This document shows, one piece after another, positions 17,809 through 28,400 of a stretch of DNA of 64,000 nt. A program made the translations under genes and the position numbers. The notes under the pieces were generated by a model, which was given only the letters and a program-made list of their open reading frames with translations, did not search any database and had not been told where the DNA came from. Source of the DNA: Nitrosopumilaceae archaeon (GTDB taxonomy: Archaea > Thermoproteota > Nitrososphaeria > Nitrososphaerales > Nitrosopumilaceae); NCBI GenBank assembly GCA_965203465.1, contig CBDBCR010000003.1, positions 544,001 through 608,000 of the forward strand, written 5' to 3'. The first letter of the stretch is position 1. The number at the start of each line of letters is the position of its first letter.

Positions 17809-18819
17809 GTGAGGTCGAAGGTAGGGCTGGCGGTGCTGGCCCTCTCGTGCGCCCTGGCGCTGTACGTGGCGATACCCGAGGCTATCGACGCGCAGCGCGA
17901 AAAGACGACGTTCGTGACTCACTCGGGCAGGGTGGTTTCCACGTCCGGCGATATACTCGATCCGCTCTACTCTGCGCAGACAGTCGAGTTCGACCCCATG
18001 GAGTACCTGCGCGAGTTCGACTACGGCGAGGTCTCGCAGCTGCCCGACGGGCGCACCCTGCGCGAGTACCGCATAACGGCAGAGGACGACCGGATCATGG
18101 AGATCTCGCCGGGCGTCTATTACAACGTCTGGACGTACAACGGGGCGGTGCCGGGCCCGACCATACGCGCCACCGAGGGCGACGTGGTGCGGGTGCACTT
18201 TGTCAACGAGGGATCGAAAGAGCACACCATCCACTTCCACGGCACGCACCCGGCCGCCATGGACGGCGTCTTCGAGGTCGTCGGCGGCGGAGGGGGCCGC
18301 TTCACCTACGAGTTCGAGGCAGGGCCGGTCGGCGTGCACCCGTACCACTGCCACGTCATGCCCCTCGAGGAGCACATCATACACGGCCTGTACGGCATGT
18401 TCATCGTGGACCCCAAGGAGGGCAGGGCGCCGGCAGACGAGATGGTCATGGTACTGAACGGCTTCGACACCGACTTTGACGCAGAGAACAACCTGTACGC
18501 GGCCAACACCGTCCCGTTCTACTACCAGCACCACCCCATCGAGATAGAAAAGGATCGGCTGATCAGGATATACGTGGCCAACATGGTAGAGTTCGATCCC
18601 ATAAACAACTTCCACCTGCACGGCAACCTGTACCACTATTACCCGACCGGCACCGACACCGTCCCGTCCGAGTTCACCGACATGATAACCCTTTCGCAGA
18701 CCGAGCGCGGCATAATGGAGTTTTCGTACGAGCACCCCGGCAGATACCTCTTCCACGCCCACAAGGTGGAGTTTTCGGAAAAAGGGTGGGTGGGCCTGTT
18801 CCTGGTAAGGGAGACATGA
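17809..18819 (+). CDS. Secreted two-domain multicopper oxidase
   Basis: Signal peptide; HTIHFHG, YHCHVMPLEEHI..G.YG, NNFHLHG and FHAH copper motifs. Confidence 0.92.
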   Translation: MRSKVGLAVLALSCALALYVAIPEAIDAQREKTTFVTHSGRVVSTSGDILDPLYSAQTVEFDPMEYLREFDYGEVSQLPDGRTLREYRITAEDDRIMEISPGVYYNVWTYNGAVPGPTIRATEGDVVRVHFVNEGSKEHTIHFHGTHPAAMDGVFEVVGGGGGRFTYEFEAGPVGVHPYHCHVMPLEEHIIHGLYGMFIVDPKEGRAPADEMVMVLNGFDTDFDAENNLYAANTVPFYYQHHPIEIEKDRLIRIYVANMVEFDPINNFHLHGNLYHYYPTGTDTVPSEFTDMITLSQTERGIMEFSYEHPGRYLFHAHKVEFSEKGWVGLFLVRET

Positions 18820-19949
18820 GGGCGCGCACCGCGGCGGCCGGCGCGGCCCCGCTGGCGCTGGTGGTGCTGCTGATGGCCTACGTGCTCGGGCCCGGCGCGC
18901 AGGTGCTCCAGTCGGGCGTGCCGCTGCCCGAGCTTTCCATAGAGAGGGTGGAGTTTTCCGGCACGGAGGTGCTCGCCACGGTCCGCAACACCGGGCCCGA
19001 GCCGGTCCGGATAGTCATGGCCGACGTCAACGACCGCATCCAGCCGGCCGCCGTGGAGCCGGACGGAGATTTGGGCAGGCTCGAGGCGGCCCTGGTCAGG
19101 ATACCGTTCGAGTGGAACGAGGGCGAGCCCTACCAGATCGGCATAACGGTCTCGGACGGCACGCGCTTTTCCAGGGACATCGGCTCGGCTGCCCCCTCGC
19201 CGGGCCCCGGCCTCGCCGGCCTACTGGCTCTGGTCGGCGCGTACGTGGGCATCGTCCCCGTGATGATAGGGCTGCTCTGGCTGCCGTTCATGCGCAGGAC
19301 CTCGCAGGCGTGGCAGGTCTTTTTCCTCTCGCTGACCGCCGGCCTGCTGCTCTTTCTGGGGCTCGATTCTATAGAAGAATCCCTCGGCATATCCGCAGAG
19401 TGGCTGGCGCCCGCGTTCAACGGGGTGATGCTGGTGGCAGTCTCGGTGTCGGTCTCGTTCGCCGCCCTCCACTACGCGGGCGCGCGCGCGTCGGCCGGCG
19501 GCAGGGGCCCGGCCGCGGCAGCCCTCATGCTGGCGGGCAGCATAGGCCTGCACAACATGGGCGAGGGCCTCGCCATAGGCGGGGCCCTGGGCATGGGCGC
19601 CGTCGCGTTCGGGGCCTTTTTGGTGGCAGGCTTTGCCCTCCACAACGTCACCGAGGGCGTGGCCATCGCGGCCGCGTCCCTGCGCGCGCGGACCGGAACA
19701 ATTCGGCTGGTGCTGCTCGGCCTGCTCGCCGGCGTGCCTGCCATACCGGGGGCCTGGGCCGGCGGGTTCGCCTACTGGCCGCTGGCCTCGGTGGTGTTTT
19801 TGTCGGTCGGGGCCGGCGCTGCCCTGCAGGTGGCAGTCATCGTGGCAAGGCAGCTCCGCTCGCAGGGGTCGCTCTCGTCGGCGCCGGCCGCGGCGGGTTT
19901 CGCCTCTGGCATGGTCGTAATGTACGCCACGGGCCTGCTGGCAGGCTAG
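18816..19949 (+). CDS. ZIP family divalent metal transporter with N-terminal extracellular domain
   Basis: GLHNMGEGLAIG and ALHNVTEGVAI ZIP motifs; ATGA overlap with the oxidase gene. Confidence 0.9.
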   Translation: MRARTAAAGAAPLALVVLLMAYVLGPGAQVLQSGVPLPELSIERVEFSGTEVLATVRNTGPEPVRIVMADVNDRIQPAAVEPDGDLGRLEAALVRIPFEWNEGEPYQIGITVSDGTRFSRDIGSAAPSPGPGLAGLLALVGAYVGIVPVMIGLLWLPFMRRTSQAWQVFFLSLTAGLLLFLGLDSIEESLGISAEWLAPAFNGVMLVAVSVSVSFAALHYAGARASAGGRGPAAAALMLAGSIGLHNMGEGLAIGGALGMGAVAFGAFLVAGFALHNVTEGVAIAAASLRARTGTIRLVLLGLLAGVPAIPGAWAGGFAYWPLASVVFLSVGAGAALQVAVIVARQLRSQGSLSSAPAAAGFASGMVVMYATGLLAG

Positions 19950-21286
19950 CCCGGCTCCGGGTGTATCGTCACCACCGAGCCGGGGAACATCGAGCGCAGC
20001 CTGCCCTCCAGATCTGACATGGCGTCGTGGACCTCGGACAGCGGCATCGATCCCCGGAACGAGCACGTCATGTCCACCTTTAGCGCCCCGCCCATCCGCA
20101 GGCAGACCACGCGCCCCACGCCGAGCACCGCCGGGTGGCCCCCGGCGGCCCTGCGTATCTGCGGCTCCGAATCCGAGGCCTCGGCCATGCCCTCCGGTAT
20201 CCGCACGTACGGCTCCAGGTGGACGGTTATCCGGTCGATGCCGCCCACGCTCCCCAATACCCGACGCTCGACCGCGTCTGATATCCGGTGCGCCGCCTCC
20301 AGGTCCTTGGAGCCGTCCACCATGACGTGCAGGTTGGCAAGCACCGCCGGCCCGGCCCTGTACACCGAGGCGTTGTGCACGCCGAGCACCCCGTCGACTC
20401 CGAGCGCGGCGCGCTCGAGCAGCTCGCCTGCCGGCACGCCCTCCCAGGCCGGCTCGAAATGCACGGTGACCGAGGCGCCCGGCACGCGCGAGGCTATCGA
20501 TTCTGCGACCGCGTCGCCGATCTCGTGCGCTTTTTCGAAACTCTCGCTGCCGCGCACCGAGACGGTCGCGTCGACGAAGACGGCCTCGCCGGAGCGGCGC
20601 ATCAGTATCCGGCCGGCCCCCGATACGCCCGGCGTCGAGAGCGCCGCCGCGCGCGCCCGGGCCACCAGCTCCGGCGGTATCGCGTCGGTCAGTTCCAGGG
20701 CCGCCCTCCGCACGAGCGAGACGCTCAGGGCGGCCAGCAGGCCCGAGAGCACCAGCGCGGCCGCAGAGTCGGCGCCGGCCACGCCCGACGATGCAAGCGC
20801 CACGCCGGCCACGGCAAGGCCCGTCGAGCCCAGATCCGCCGCCGCGTGGTAAAAGTCGGCCCGCACGGCGGGGCTGCCCGCGTGCCGGCGCAGCAAGACC
20901 ATGCGGAAGACGTCCACGCACATGGCGTACCCGCCGCCTGCAAGGCCCAGCAGGCCGACCGGCGCGGGCGGTCCGCGCAGGCCCGAAAGGGCCCCGTAGG
21001 CGAAGAACGCGGCGGCTGCCAGCAGCGCCAGCCCCCCGAACAGGGAGCCGAGCGACTCCATCTTGCCGTGCCCGTAGGTGTGCTCGGCGTCGGGCGGCCG
21101 GGCGGCCAGCTTCACGGCCAGCAGCAGCATGAGCGTGACGAACGCGTCGAGCAGGGCGTGGGCGCTGTCGGTTATCAGGGCCAGGCTGCCCGAAAGGAGG
21201 CCGAATACGAGCTCTACGGCAAATGCCGAGATTATGGCCAGAAACGAGATCTTTAGCACCTTGGAGCGGCCGGAGAGCGCGGGCAA
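19946..21286 (-). CDS. Cation diffusion facilitator with repeated C-terminal dimerisation domains
   Basis: DSAHALLD, HTYGHGKME, HAAAD; three tandem modules ending in H-x-E-P. Confidence 0.9.
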   Translation of the reverse strand: MPALSGRSKVLKISFLAIISAFAVELVFGLLSGSLALITDSAHALLDAFVTLMLLLAVKLAARPPDAEHTYGHGKMESLGSLFGGLALLAAAAFFAYGALSGLRGPPAPVGLLGLAGGGYAMCVDVFRMVLLRRHAGSPAVRADFYHAAADLGSTGLAVAGVALASSGVAGADSAAALVLSGLLAALSVSLVRRAALELTDAIPPELVARARAAALSTPGVSGAGRILMRRSGEAVFVDATVSVRGSESFEKAHEIGDAVAESIASRVPGASVTVHFEPAWEGVPAGELLERAALGVDGVLGVHNASVYRAGPAVLANLHVMVDGSKDLEAAHRISDAVERRVLGSVGGIDRITVHLEPYVRIPEGMAEASDSEPQIRRAAGGHPAVLGVGRVVCLRMGGALKVDMTCSFRGSMPLSEVHDAMSDLEGRLRSMFPGSVVTIHPEPG

Positions 21287-21348
21287 CCCGCGCCCGGGGG
21301 CGCGGCTGATATTTAAGACATAAATACTCGCATGGGGAGGCCGGCCTG

Positions 21349-22842
21349 ATGAAGGCTCTGGCGGTCGCGGCGTTTGCGGCGGCCCTCGTGCTCGCCGCCG
21401 GGCTCGCCCAGGAATCCCACGCCCAGAACTGCCGGGCCGGCGAGGTCATGTCAGGCGGGCAGTGCGTGCCGGCCGTCAGGGAAAGCGCCAACACGATGAA
21501 CCTCTCCGTCGAAAAGACCGTAAAGGACGCCGACGCGTGCGCGTCCGGCGACGAGGGCGCAAAGTGCCGCCAGTCTGCAGCAGAGACGGACAGGATATTC
21601 GACGACGGCGACGTCATTGTGCTGAAAGGGACCGTCAGCTCGTTCACCGAAAAGAGCGCGGTGACTGTCATAATACGCGACCCAGCCGGCAACATCGCCC
21701 ACTTTGCCCAGGCAAACCCCGTAAAGTCCACCACCGCCAACATCGGCACCGACACCAATCCGCGGTCGATACCCGGCGCGTTCGAGATCACCGTAAAGCC
21801 CATAGGTCCCAAATGGAAGGCCGAGGGAGACTACAAGGTCAGCGCCTCGTACGGCACCGACAAGTCCGAGATCACGTTTGCGTTCACCGGCAGCGACGTA
21901 GGCGGCGCCTCCAACTTGGGCGAGGTTGTTCCCCCCGCTGACGGCGGCGAAAACGGCGACGACGGCACCGATCCCCCGCCCCCGGCCGTGGAGGAAAAGC
22001 TCGTCGTAAAGGAGGTTCTAGCCGACGGCATGTACGTCATATCCGAAGAGCAGCTGGACTTGGTTCCGGCCACCTCGATACGCGGCCTTGCCGATAACGG
22101 CACCGACTACAAGGTGGATCCGAAGGCGCTCGGCCTTGCCGACGACAGGATAGAGGTTCCGCCGCCAAAGCCGGTCCTCGAAAAGCTCGCCGTAAAGGAG
22201 GTCTTGGACGACGGCTCTTACGTGGTCTCCGCCGATCAGCTGGGCCTCATCGATCCCACCTCCATACTCGGCCCGGCGGCCGACGGCGCCGATTTCAAGG
22301 TGGATCCGGCAAAGACGGGCCTGTCGGCCGACAGGGTGACGCTTCCCCCGCCAAAGCCAGTTGTTACTACGCCCCCCGAGCCCGAAAAGCCGGAGATGCC
22401 CGAAAAGCCGGTGTGCGGAGAGGGCACGGTGGCCGACGCGGACGGCGTCTGCCAGCTGATACAGCAGGACAACAGGTCCGGCTGCCTCGTGGCCACGGCG
22501 GCCTACGGCAGCGAATTCGCCCCGCAGGTGCAGGCCCTGCGCGAGGTGCGCGACGGCACGCTGTACTCGACCGAGGCGGGCGCCTCGTTCATGTCCGGCT
22601 TTAACGAGATATACTATGCGTTCTCGCCGGCCGTGGCCGACCTAGAGAGGGAGCACCCGCTCTTCAAGGAGGCCGTGCGCCTGGCGCTCTCCCCGATGCT
22701 CGCCTCGCTGGGCATAATGTCGCTAGCGGAGCCCGGCTCGGAGCAGCAGGTCCTCGGGTACGGCCTCGCCGTCATAGCCCTCAACCTGGGCATGTACGTC
22801 GGGGTTCCTGCCGGCGCCGTGGCGGCCGCGCGCAGGCGCTGA
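21349..22842 (+). CDS. Secreted CFI-box-CTERM domain protein with an internal 62-aa duplication
   Basis: Signal peptide; GCLVATAAYGSEFAPQVQALREVRD C-terminal domain plus TM helix; repeat period 186 bp (21994 and 22180). Confidence 0.85.
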   Translation: MKALAVAAFAAALVLAAGLAQESHAQNCRAGEVMSGGQCVPAVRESANTMNLSVEKTVKDADACASGDEGAKCRQSAAETDRIFDDGDVIVLKGTVSSFTEKSAVTVIIRDPAGNIAHFAQANPVKSTTANIGTDTNPRSIPGAFEITVKPIGPKWKAEGDYKVSASYGTDKSEITFAFTGSDVGGASNLGEVVPPADGGENGDDGTDPPPPAVEEKLVVKEVLADGMYVISEEQLDLVPATSIRGLADNGTDYKVDPKALGLADDRIEVPPPKPVLEKLAVKEVLDDGSYVVSADQLGLIDPTSILGPAADGADFKVDPAKTGLSADRVTLPPPKPVVTTPPEPEKPEMPEKPVCGEGTVADADGVCQLIQQDNRSGCLVATAAYGSEFAPQVQALREVRDGTLYSTEAGASFMSGFNEIYYAFSPAVADLEREHPLFKEAVRLALSPMLASLGIMSLAEPGSEQQVLGYGLAVIALNLGMYVGVPAGAVAAARRR

Positions 22843-23200
22843 GCGGTTTTAGCGGGCCCGCATTTGCAGTTTGCGATTCTCCGGCCGGGTCGATGTACAG
22901 GGGCAGCGAATGGCGCGCAAGAAGCGAGTCACCGGACGGCTCGGATCTGCCAGGGCGCTGTAAAGAACGCCCGGGCCGGCGCGCGGCCGTTCGGCCGGAG
23001 CCCGCGGGAATACGCCCCCGGCGGGCCCTAGCCTGCCGCTGGGGCCCGCGCCCGCGGCTTTGTTCGGCAATTCGTATTTTCGTGCCTGCGCAGTAGCCGG
23101 ATCGGCCAAAAAACGGCTCCGTTCAGGCACGGATCGCGGAATTACCGAACAAAGCCGCGCCCGCGCCATGTTATTATACGGGGGGCCCCGCAGAAAGGCC

Positions 23201-23521
23201 GTGAAGGTAGAGTACGAAGAGTTTGAGAACGTGCAGGACTTGTTCGCGTACCTTGCCGCCGTGGCGCCCCCCATGAAGAACACGTTCCCGGTCAACGCGT
23301 ACAAGGGCCACGTCTCGTCCATCGTGCCGCTCGGCTCGAGCGCCGAGGTGTACCTGATGTTCTTCGCAAAGGGCTCGCTGGAGCCGGGCGTCTACGAGTT
23401 CGACATCAGTAGCATGGAGTACAGAAAGGTCGATGCCGTGGAGCGCGCAGACAAGACCTACTTTGTGTGCGTGGCCCCAAAGCGCAACACCATTGCCGAC
23501 GAGGCCATGGCAAAGATCTAG
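23201..23521 (+). CDS. Conserved hypothetical protein
   Basis: GTG start about 25-30 nt after TTATTATA; host-like codon usage (VKVEYEEFENVQDLFAYL...). Confidence 0.7.
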   Translation: MKVEYEEFENVQDLFAYLAAVAPPMKNTFPVNAYKGHVSSIVPLGSSAEVYLMFFAKGSLEPGVYEFDISSMEYRKVDAVERADKTYFVCVAPKRNTIADEAMAKI

Positions 23522-25095
23522 AGCTTTTTGGTGGCTATGCTCGGCGCCGAGACCGAGCGGCTCCTCGCGTACTTTTCGACGATCTCGTCGGGCAGCCTGC
23601 CGTTGAACAGGTCCTTGCAGAGCCCGCGCAGGTACCTCATTATGGCCCAGCTGCCCGCCTTTATGATCCCGTACATGAACACCTTCATCGGCGGGCCGTA
23701 CGTCTTGTTGCGCAGTATGATGGGTATGATGTCGTTTATGACGCGCAGGTTGTTCTCCCAGCACTTCCAAAAGAGCGTGAACTGCGCCTCGTTGAGGTTG
23801 CCAAAGTGCATCGAGTTCTTTTCGCCAAAGTCCTGGTAGAGCAGCGGGGCCACCAGCCCCCTAAAGTCCATCGCCCTAAAGTCGGCCATCATGTCTATGG
23901 TGTCCTGCACGTCCTCGGGCGTCTCGTCGGGCCACCCGATGATGATGGTGGCCGCGGGGAACCAGTGGTTTTGGTTCAGTATGCGGGCGCCCTCGCGCAC
24001 CACGCTGCCCCACTCCTCGGGGGCGAACGGCTTTGTCTTTACGCCCAGGTGCTTTTTGACCATCTTTGGCGCCACCGTCTCTATCCCGAGGTTGGTGGCG
24101 AGCCACCTGCCCGTCTCGTGCTGCCTGTTTATCGTAGATATCTGGCGCATCAGTTCCGGATCGGAGGCGACCGCCGAGAATGTCATGTGCGTCGTGCCGA
24201 CGAAGTTGGCCCCGAGGCCCTTCAGCCCCGACCACAGGTCGGTGATGGCGTCCCTGTTTGGTATAAAGTCGCGGTTGTCGCACCCGTACAGCAGCATCTC
24301 GTCGGAGTGCAGCCATATGGAGTCGAAGCCGTAGTCTAGGTTTATCTTGGCCTCGCGCTGCAGGCGGTCGACGGGGAGATCCTTTTTCGACCTCTTGTTT
24401 ACGTCGCAAAAGTCGCACCCGCGCCCGCACCCGCGCATGGCCTCGATGAGCGAGTTGACCGTCGGGCCGCGTATCTCCGGTATGTTCTGTATGTTCTTCA
24501 CGAAGCAGTGCATGATCTCGGGCGCGTCCCCCTTTTCCAGGTCGTGGAACAGGTCAAGGGCCAGCTCGTCGGCCTCGCCGACCACCACGGTGTCTATGCC
24601 GTGTATCTTCATGCGGTCGTGCTTTGCGAGCTCCCACGCCCCGTTGCCGCCCACCACGACGTGAAAGTCGTACTTTTTCTTCAGCTGGATTATCTTTGCG
24701 CACATGCGTTTGAACTTCATGGCCACGTACGAGAGCTTTTCGGGCGACATGGTGGTCGTCACCGGCGCCATGCCGAGCGGATCCATCACGTTGATGCCGA
24801 CCACGCGCGTGTCCGGGCCGACCGACTTTTCGAGCATGTCCGGATTCGCCATGAATATCTCGTCGCTCGAGTACCCCTGGCGCAGCGCGCCCTCGACCCG
24901 GCGCAGGCCCACCTGCGCGACCTTTACCTCGCCGGTGGCCTTGTCGGTCTCGACCGCCGGGCAGAAGACCTTGTCGAAGACCCACTCTGGCAGCACCTCG
25001 TAGGGGCCGCAGGCGATGAACCCGTACAGGAAGTTGCCGCGGTAGTTGGTCATCAGGCTCCTGTCCGCGGTGAGCACTATCCTCTTTCCTGACAA
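23518..25095 (-). CDS. B12-binding radical SAM protein, GDGT ring synthase (GrsA/GrsB)-like
   Basis: RGCGRGCDFC (CxxxCxxC); IVLTADRSLMTNY N-terminus, MDPLGMAP and VVGGNGAWE resemble the Grs family from memory. Confidence 0.75.
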   Translation of the reverse strand: MSGKRIVLTADRSLMTNYRGNFLYGFIACGPYEVLPEWVFDKVFCPAVETDKATGEVKVAQVGLRRVEGALRQGYSSDEIFMANPDMLEKSVGPDTRVVGINVMDPLGMAPVTTTMSPEKLSYVAMKFKRMCAKIIQLKKKYDFHVVVGGNGAWELAKHDRMKIHGIDTVVVGEADELALDLFHDLEKGDAPEIMHCFVKNIQNIPEIRGPTVNSLIEAMRGCGRGCDFCDVNKRSKKDLPVDRLQREAKINLDYGFDSIWLHSDEMLLYGCDNRDFIPNRDAITDLWSGLKGLGANFVGTTHMTFSAVASDPELMRQISTINRQHETGRWLATNLGIETVAPKMVKKHLGVKTKPFAPEEWGSVVREGARILNQNHWFPAATIIIGWPDETPEDVQDTIDMMADFRAMDFRGLVAPLLYQDFGEKNSMHFGNLNEAQFTLFWKCWENNLRVINDIIPIILRNKTYGPPMKVFMYGIIKAGSWAIMRYLRGLCKDLFNGRLPDEIVEKYARSRSVSAPSIATKKL

Positions 25096-25338
25096 CTCTC
25101 TTGGCGTGCCCGGCCGATGTTATATATCGCTTCCTAGCCGGCCTTGGCGGTCGGGCCCGCCCAAGCTCGGACAGGTCTGGAAAACGGGCTGTTCAGGCAG
25201 ACGGAGAACCTCCAGACGCACGGCAACCTGCAAGGCAGGGCATCGGTTCCGTGCAGGCATCGATCGGCTGTCCGAAGCCAAACCCGCTGTGAAACTAGAA
25301 ATATACCCGAACGGATGACGGGTTGAATGTTGCAGGTT

Positions 25339-25369
25339 AGCTCTGTACAGCTCTGTACAGCTCTGTACA
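25339..25369. repeat. Perfect 10-bp tandem repeat (AGCTCTGTAC) x3 plus A
   Basis: Read directly; lies 53-83 nt upstream of the Type ISP ATG. Confidence 0.95.
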
Positions 25370-25421
25370 TGAAGACCACCCTGTAGGGAATCGAGCGCAT
25401 GAGCGGCCGGAGGGGGCATGA

Positions 25422-28400
25422 ATGCCTCGGCCCAGCACGTTCGACGAAGTTTTACGCGATATCAGGGCGAAGTCAAAGACGACGCGTGAACTGGGCGACA
25501 GGTTCGAACGCATCATCCTCGATGTTTTGAAAAACGATCCGTTGTACACAAACAGATTCGACGGCGTGTGGATGTGGTCTGAATGGGCCGCGAATAACGG
25601 CATCTCTGAAAAGCACGGCACCGGACATGATTTGGGAATAGACATCGTCGCAAGAGAGAGGGCCGGGGGCGAATTGTGCGCCATCCAGTGCAAATGCTAT
25701 TCTGACGACACGATACTCGAGATGGGGCCGGTGAACAGCTTCATCTCGGCCGGAACGTCGTACGGAATGAAAAACTACATCTTGGCGTGCACGGGGCCCG
25801 TAAATTCCAACGCGCGGGCAAAGCTGCTCGGCGTAAAGTGCCAGATGATGACCAAGGACGATCTGCGCTACAGGCTGGACTGGAAACAATACCCGCGCAA
25901 GATAGTGAGGCCGCCCCCCAAGGAACTCCGAGACTATCAACGCGCCGCGTTCGATGATGTCGTCAAGGGCTTCCGCAAAAGCGATAGGGGCAAGATGATA
26001 ATGGCGTGCGGCACCGGCAAGACGCTGGTTTCGCTGCGCGTGGCCGAAAAGCAGGCAGGCAAGGGCGGACTCGCGTTGTACCTCGTCCCTTCAATTTCTT
26101 TGATCATGCAGAGCATGCGGGAGTGGTCAGAGAATGCGCGCATGCCACACTACTACATGGCCGTCTGTTCTGACAAGACGGTGCGCAACTCGGAGCAGGG
26201 AACCCTGACCGAGCTGGAAGCACCCGCGTCCACGGATCCGCCAACGCTGAGGGAACGAATCTCCAAGATCAGCAAGGACTCTCTCAACGTGATATTTTCC
26301 ACATATCATTCCGTGGAGGTGGTCCAAAAGGCTCTGGATGGCCGGGAGATAGACGTAGTGTTTTGCGACGAGGCGCATCGCACGGCCGGCGTCGACGAGC
26401 CAGGCTTTGAGTCGTACTATACTCGGATCCACTACGACCGAAACATCAGGGCCGCCAAGAGGCTCTACGTTACCGCCACGCCCCGCATATACACAGAAAG
26501 GATAAAGGGCAAGGCAGAGCAGTTGGAGAAGATCACGATATCGATGGACGACGAGTCCATATACGGCCCCGAGTTCCACAACCTTTCGTTCTACGACGCG
26601 GTGCACAAGTACAAGGCGCTGTGCGACTTCAAGGTGAGGGTGGCCGTCATGGACGGCAACACAATGGACAGGCTGGTACAGAAGGCACAGGCCGGCGACG
26701 AGGCCATCATGCCGCTCGACGAAAAGACCCTGATGGCCTCGGTCTGGCACGCCATACGGCATCCGGGCGCTGACGACAGCAAGGGTATGCTCCAGCGGGT
26801 CATCATGTTCTGCGACATGATAAACTCGTCGAAGATCGTCGCCGGCGAGCAGATAAACTACAGGAAAGACATACGCGAAGATCCCGAGCAGTTTGAAAAG
26901 ACGCGCGAGATAGACAAGCAGAGATCGTTTGAGAACGTGGTAAAGCACGTGCAAAAGGTAATGGGCAACAAAGACGGCACCAAGCCCGAAACAAAACACG
27001 TCGACGGAGGAGACAGTGCTCAGGCGAGGCGGGGGCGGCTCGAATGGCTAAAGACCAGCGAAGACGATCCGCACGTATGCAGGATACTGTCCAATGCGCG
27101 CTGCCTTTCGGAAGGGGTAGACGTGCCGGCGCTTGACGGGGTCGTGTTCATGAATCCCAGGCGCTCCGTGGTCGACGTGGTTCAAGCGGTGGGCCGAGTC
27201 ATGCGCCAGTCAGACGGCAAGGAATACGGTTACGTCATATTGCCGGTCGCAATACCTGCAGGAGTCGACATAGGGCAAGCGCTAGACGACAGCAAACACT
27301 TCAAAGTAGTGTGGCAGGTGCTCAATGCACTACGTTCGCATGATCCGAATCTTGCCAGCGAAATAAACAAGCTTGTGTTGACAGAGTCGCACACAGATAG
27401 CGAAGTAACCAACCGCATCATCATACGGCACGCGTACAGCCACGGCTTGCGCTCTGCTGAGATGCCAGAACCCAAGATGATCAACGGGATCACGTCCAAG
27501 ATTATTCAAAAGGTGGGAGACATCAACTATTACGACAAGTATGGGGAAAAGCTAGGCACAGCTGCTAACACTATCGAAGCACGCATCCAAAATCGGATAA
27601 AAACCAACACACGAGCCAAGATAGAGGTAGAAAAGATTCATGCCGACCTGAAAGAAATGGTTGGAGATGCTGTCACATTTAATGCTACCGTGCAGATCAT
27701 AGCCCAGCACATCGTACTCTCACGCGTCTTTGATCAGCTTTTCTCTGGACAGTTTACTGCGCACAATCCTATAGCCAAAGTTCTAGATGTGGTAACCAAA
27801 AAGATCGGCATGCAGGAAGAGCTGCGCGATCTGGCTGGATTCTACGAAGATGTACACTACGAGCTGGACAGGATAGAGACCAGAGAAGAGCGGCAAAACT
27901 TTATCAAAAAGATATATGGTAATTTCTTCGAGAGCGCCGACAAAAAGGGTGCCGAGCGACACGGTATAGTCTACACTCCCATCGAAGTGATCGATTTCAT
28001 CATAAACAGCGTTGACGTACTGCTCAGGAAGCACTTTGGCGTGCGCTTTAACGACAGGGCCGTCAAAGTGCTCGATCCGTTCGCAGGAACCGGTACGTTT
28101 CTGACTAGATTGCTGGAATCTGGTCTGATAGATGACAACCTCTACGAGAAATACGAAAAAGACCTGTTCGCAGACGAGCTGATCCTGCTGGCCTACTACA
28201 TAGCCACGGTGAACATAGAAACCACGTATTCGAGCCTACGCAGGGGTGGCAGGTACGTTCCGTTCAAAGGGATCAGCTACACGGACACGCTGCGGATCAA
28301 CCCGCAGTACCGCGAAAAAGCACGGCACAGACATGAGCAATCCATGATAGACAGCCAGTTCAGAGCGGCGCACGAAAGGATCAGGCAGCAACGAGGATCC

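Noticed and set aside
19221-21812. Long Arg/Ala/Gly/Pro-rich alternative-frame and antisense ORFs, here and throughout the window
   Set aside because: Expected shadows of high-GC coding sequence; they have no motifs and overlap well-supported genes.
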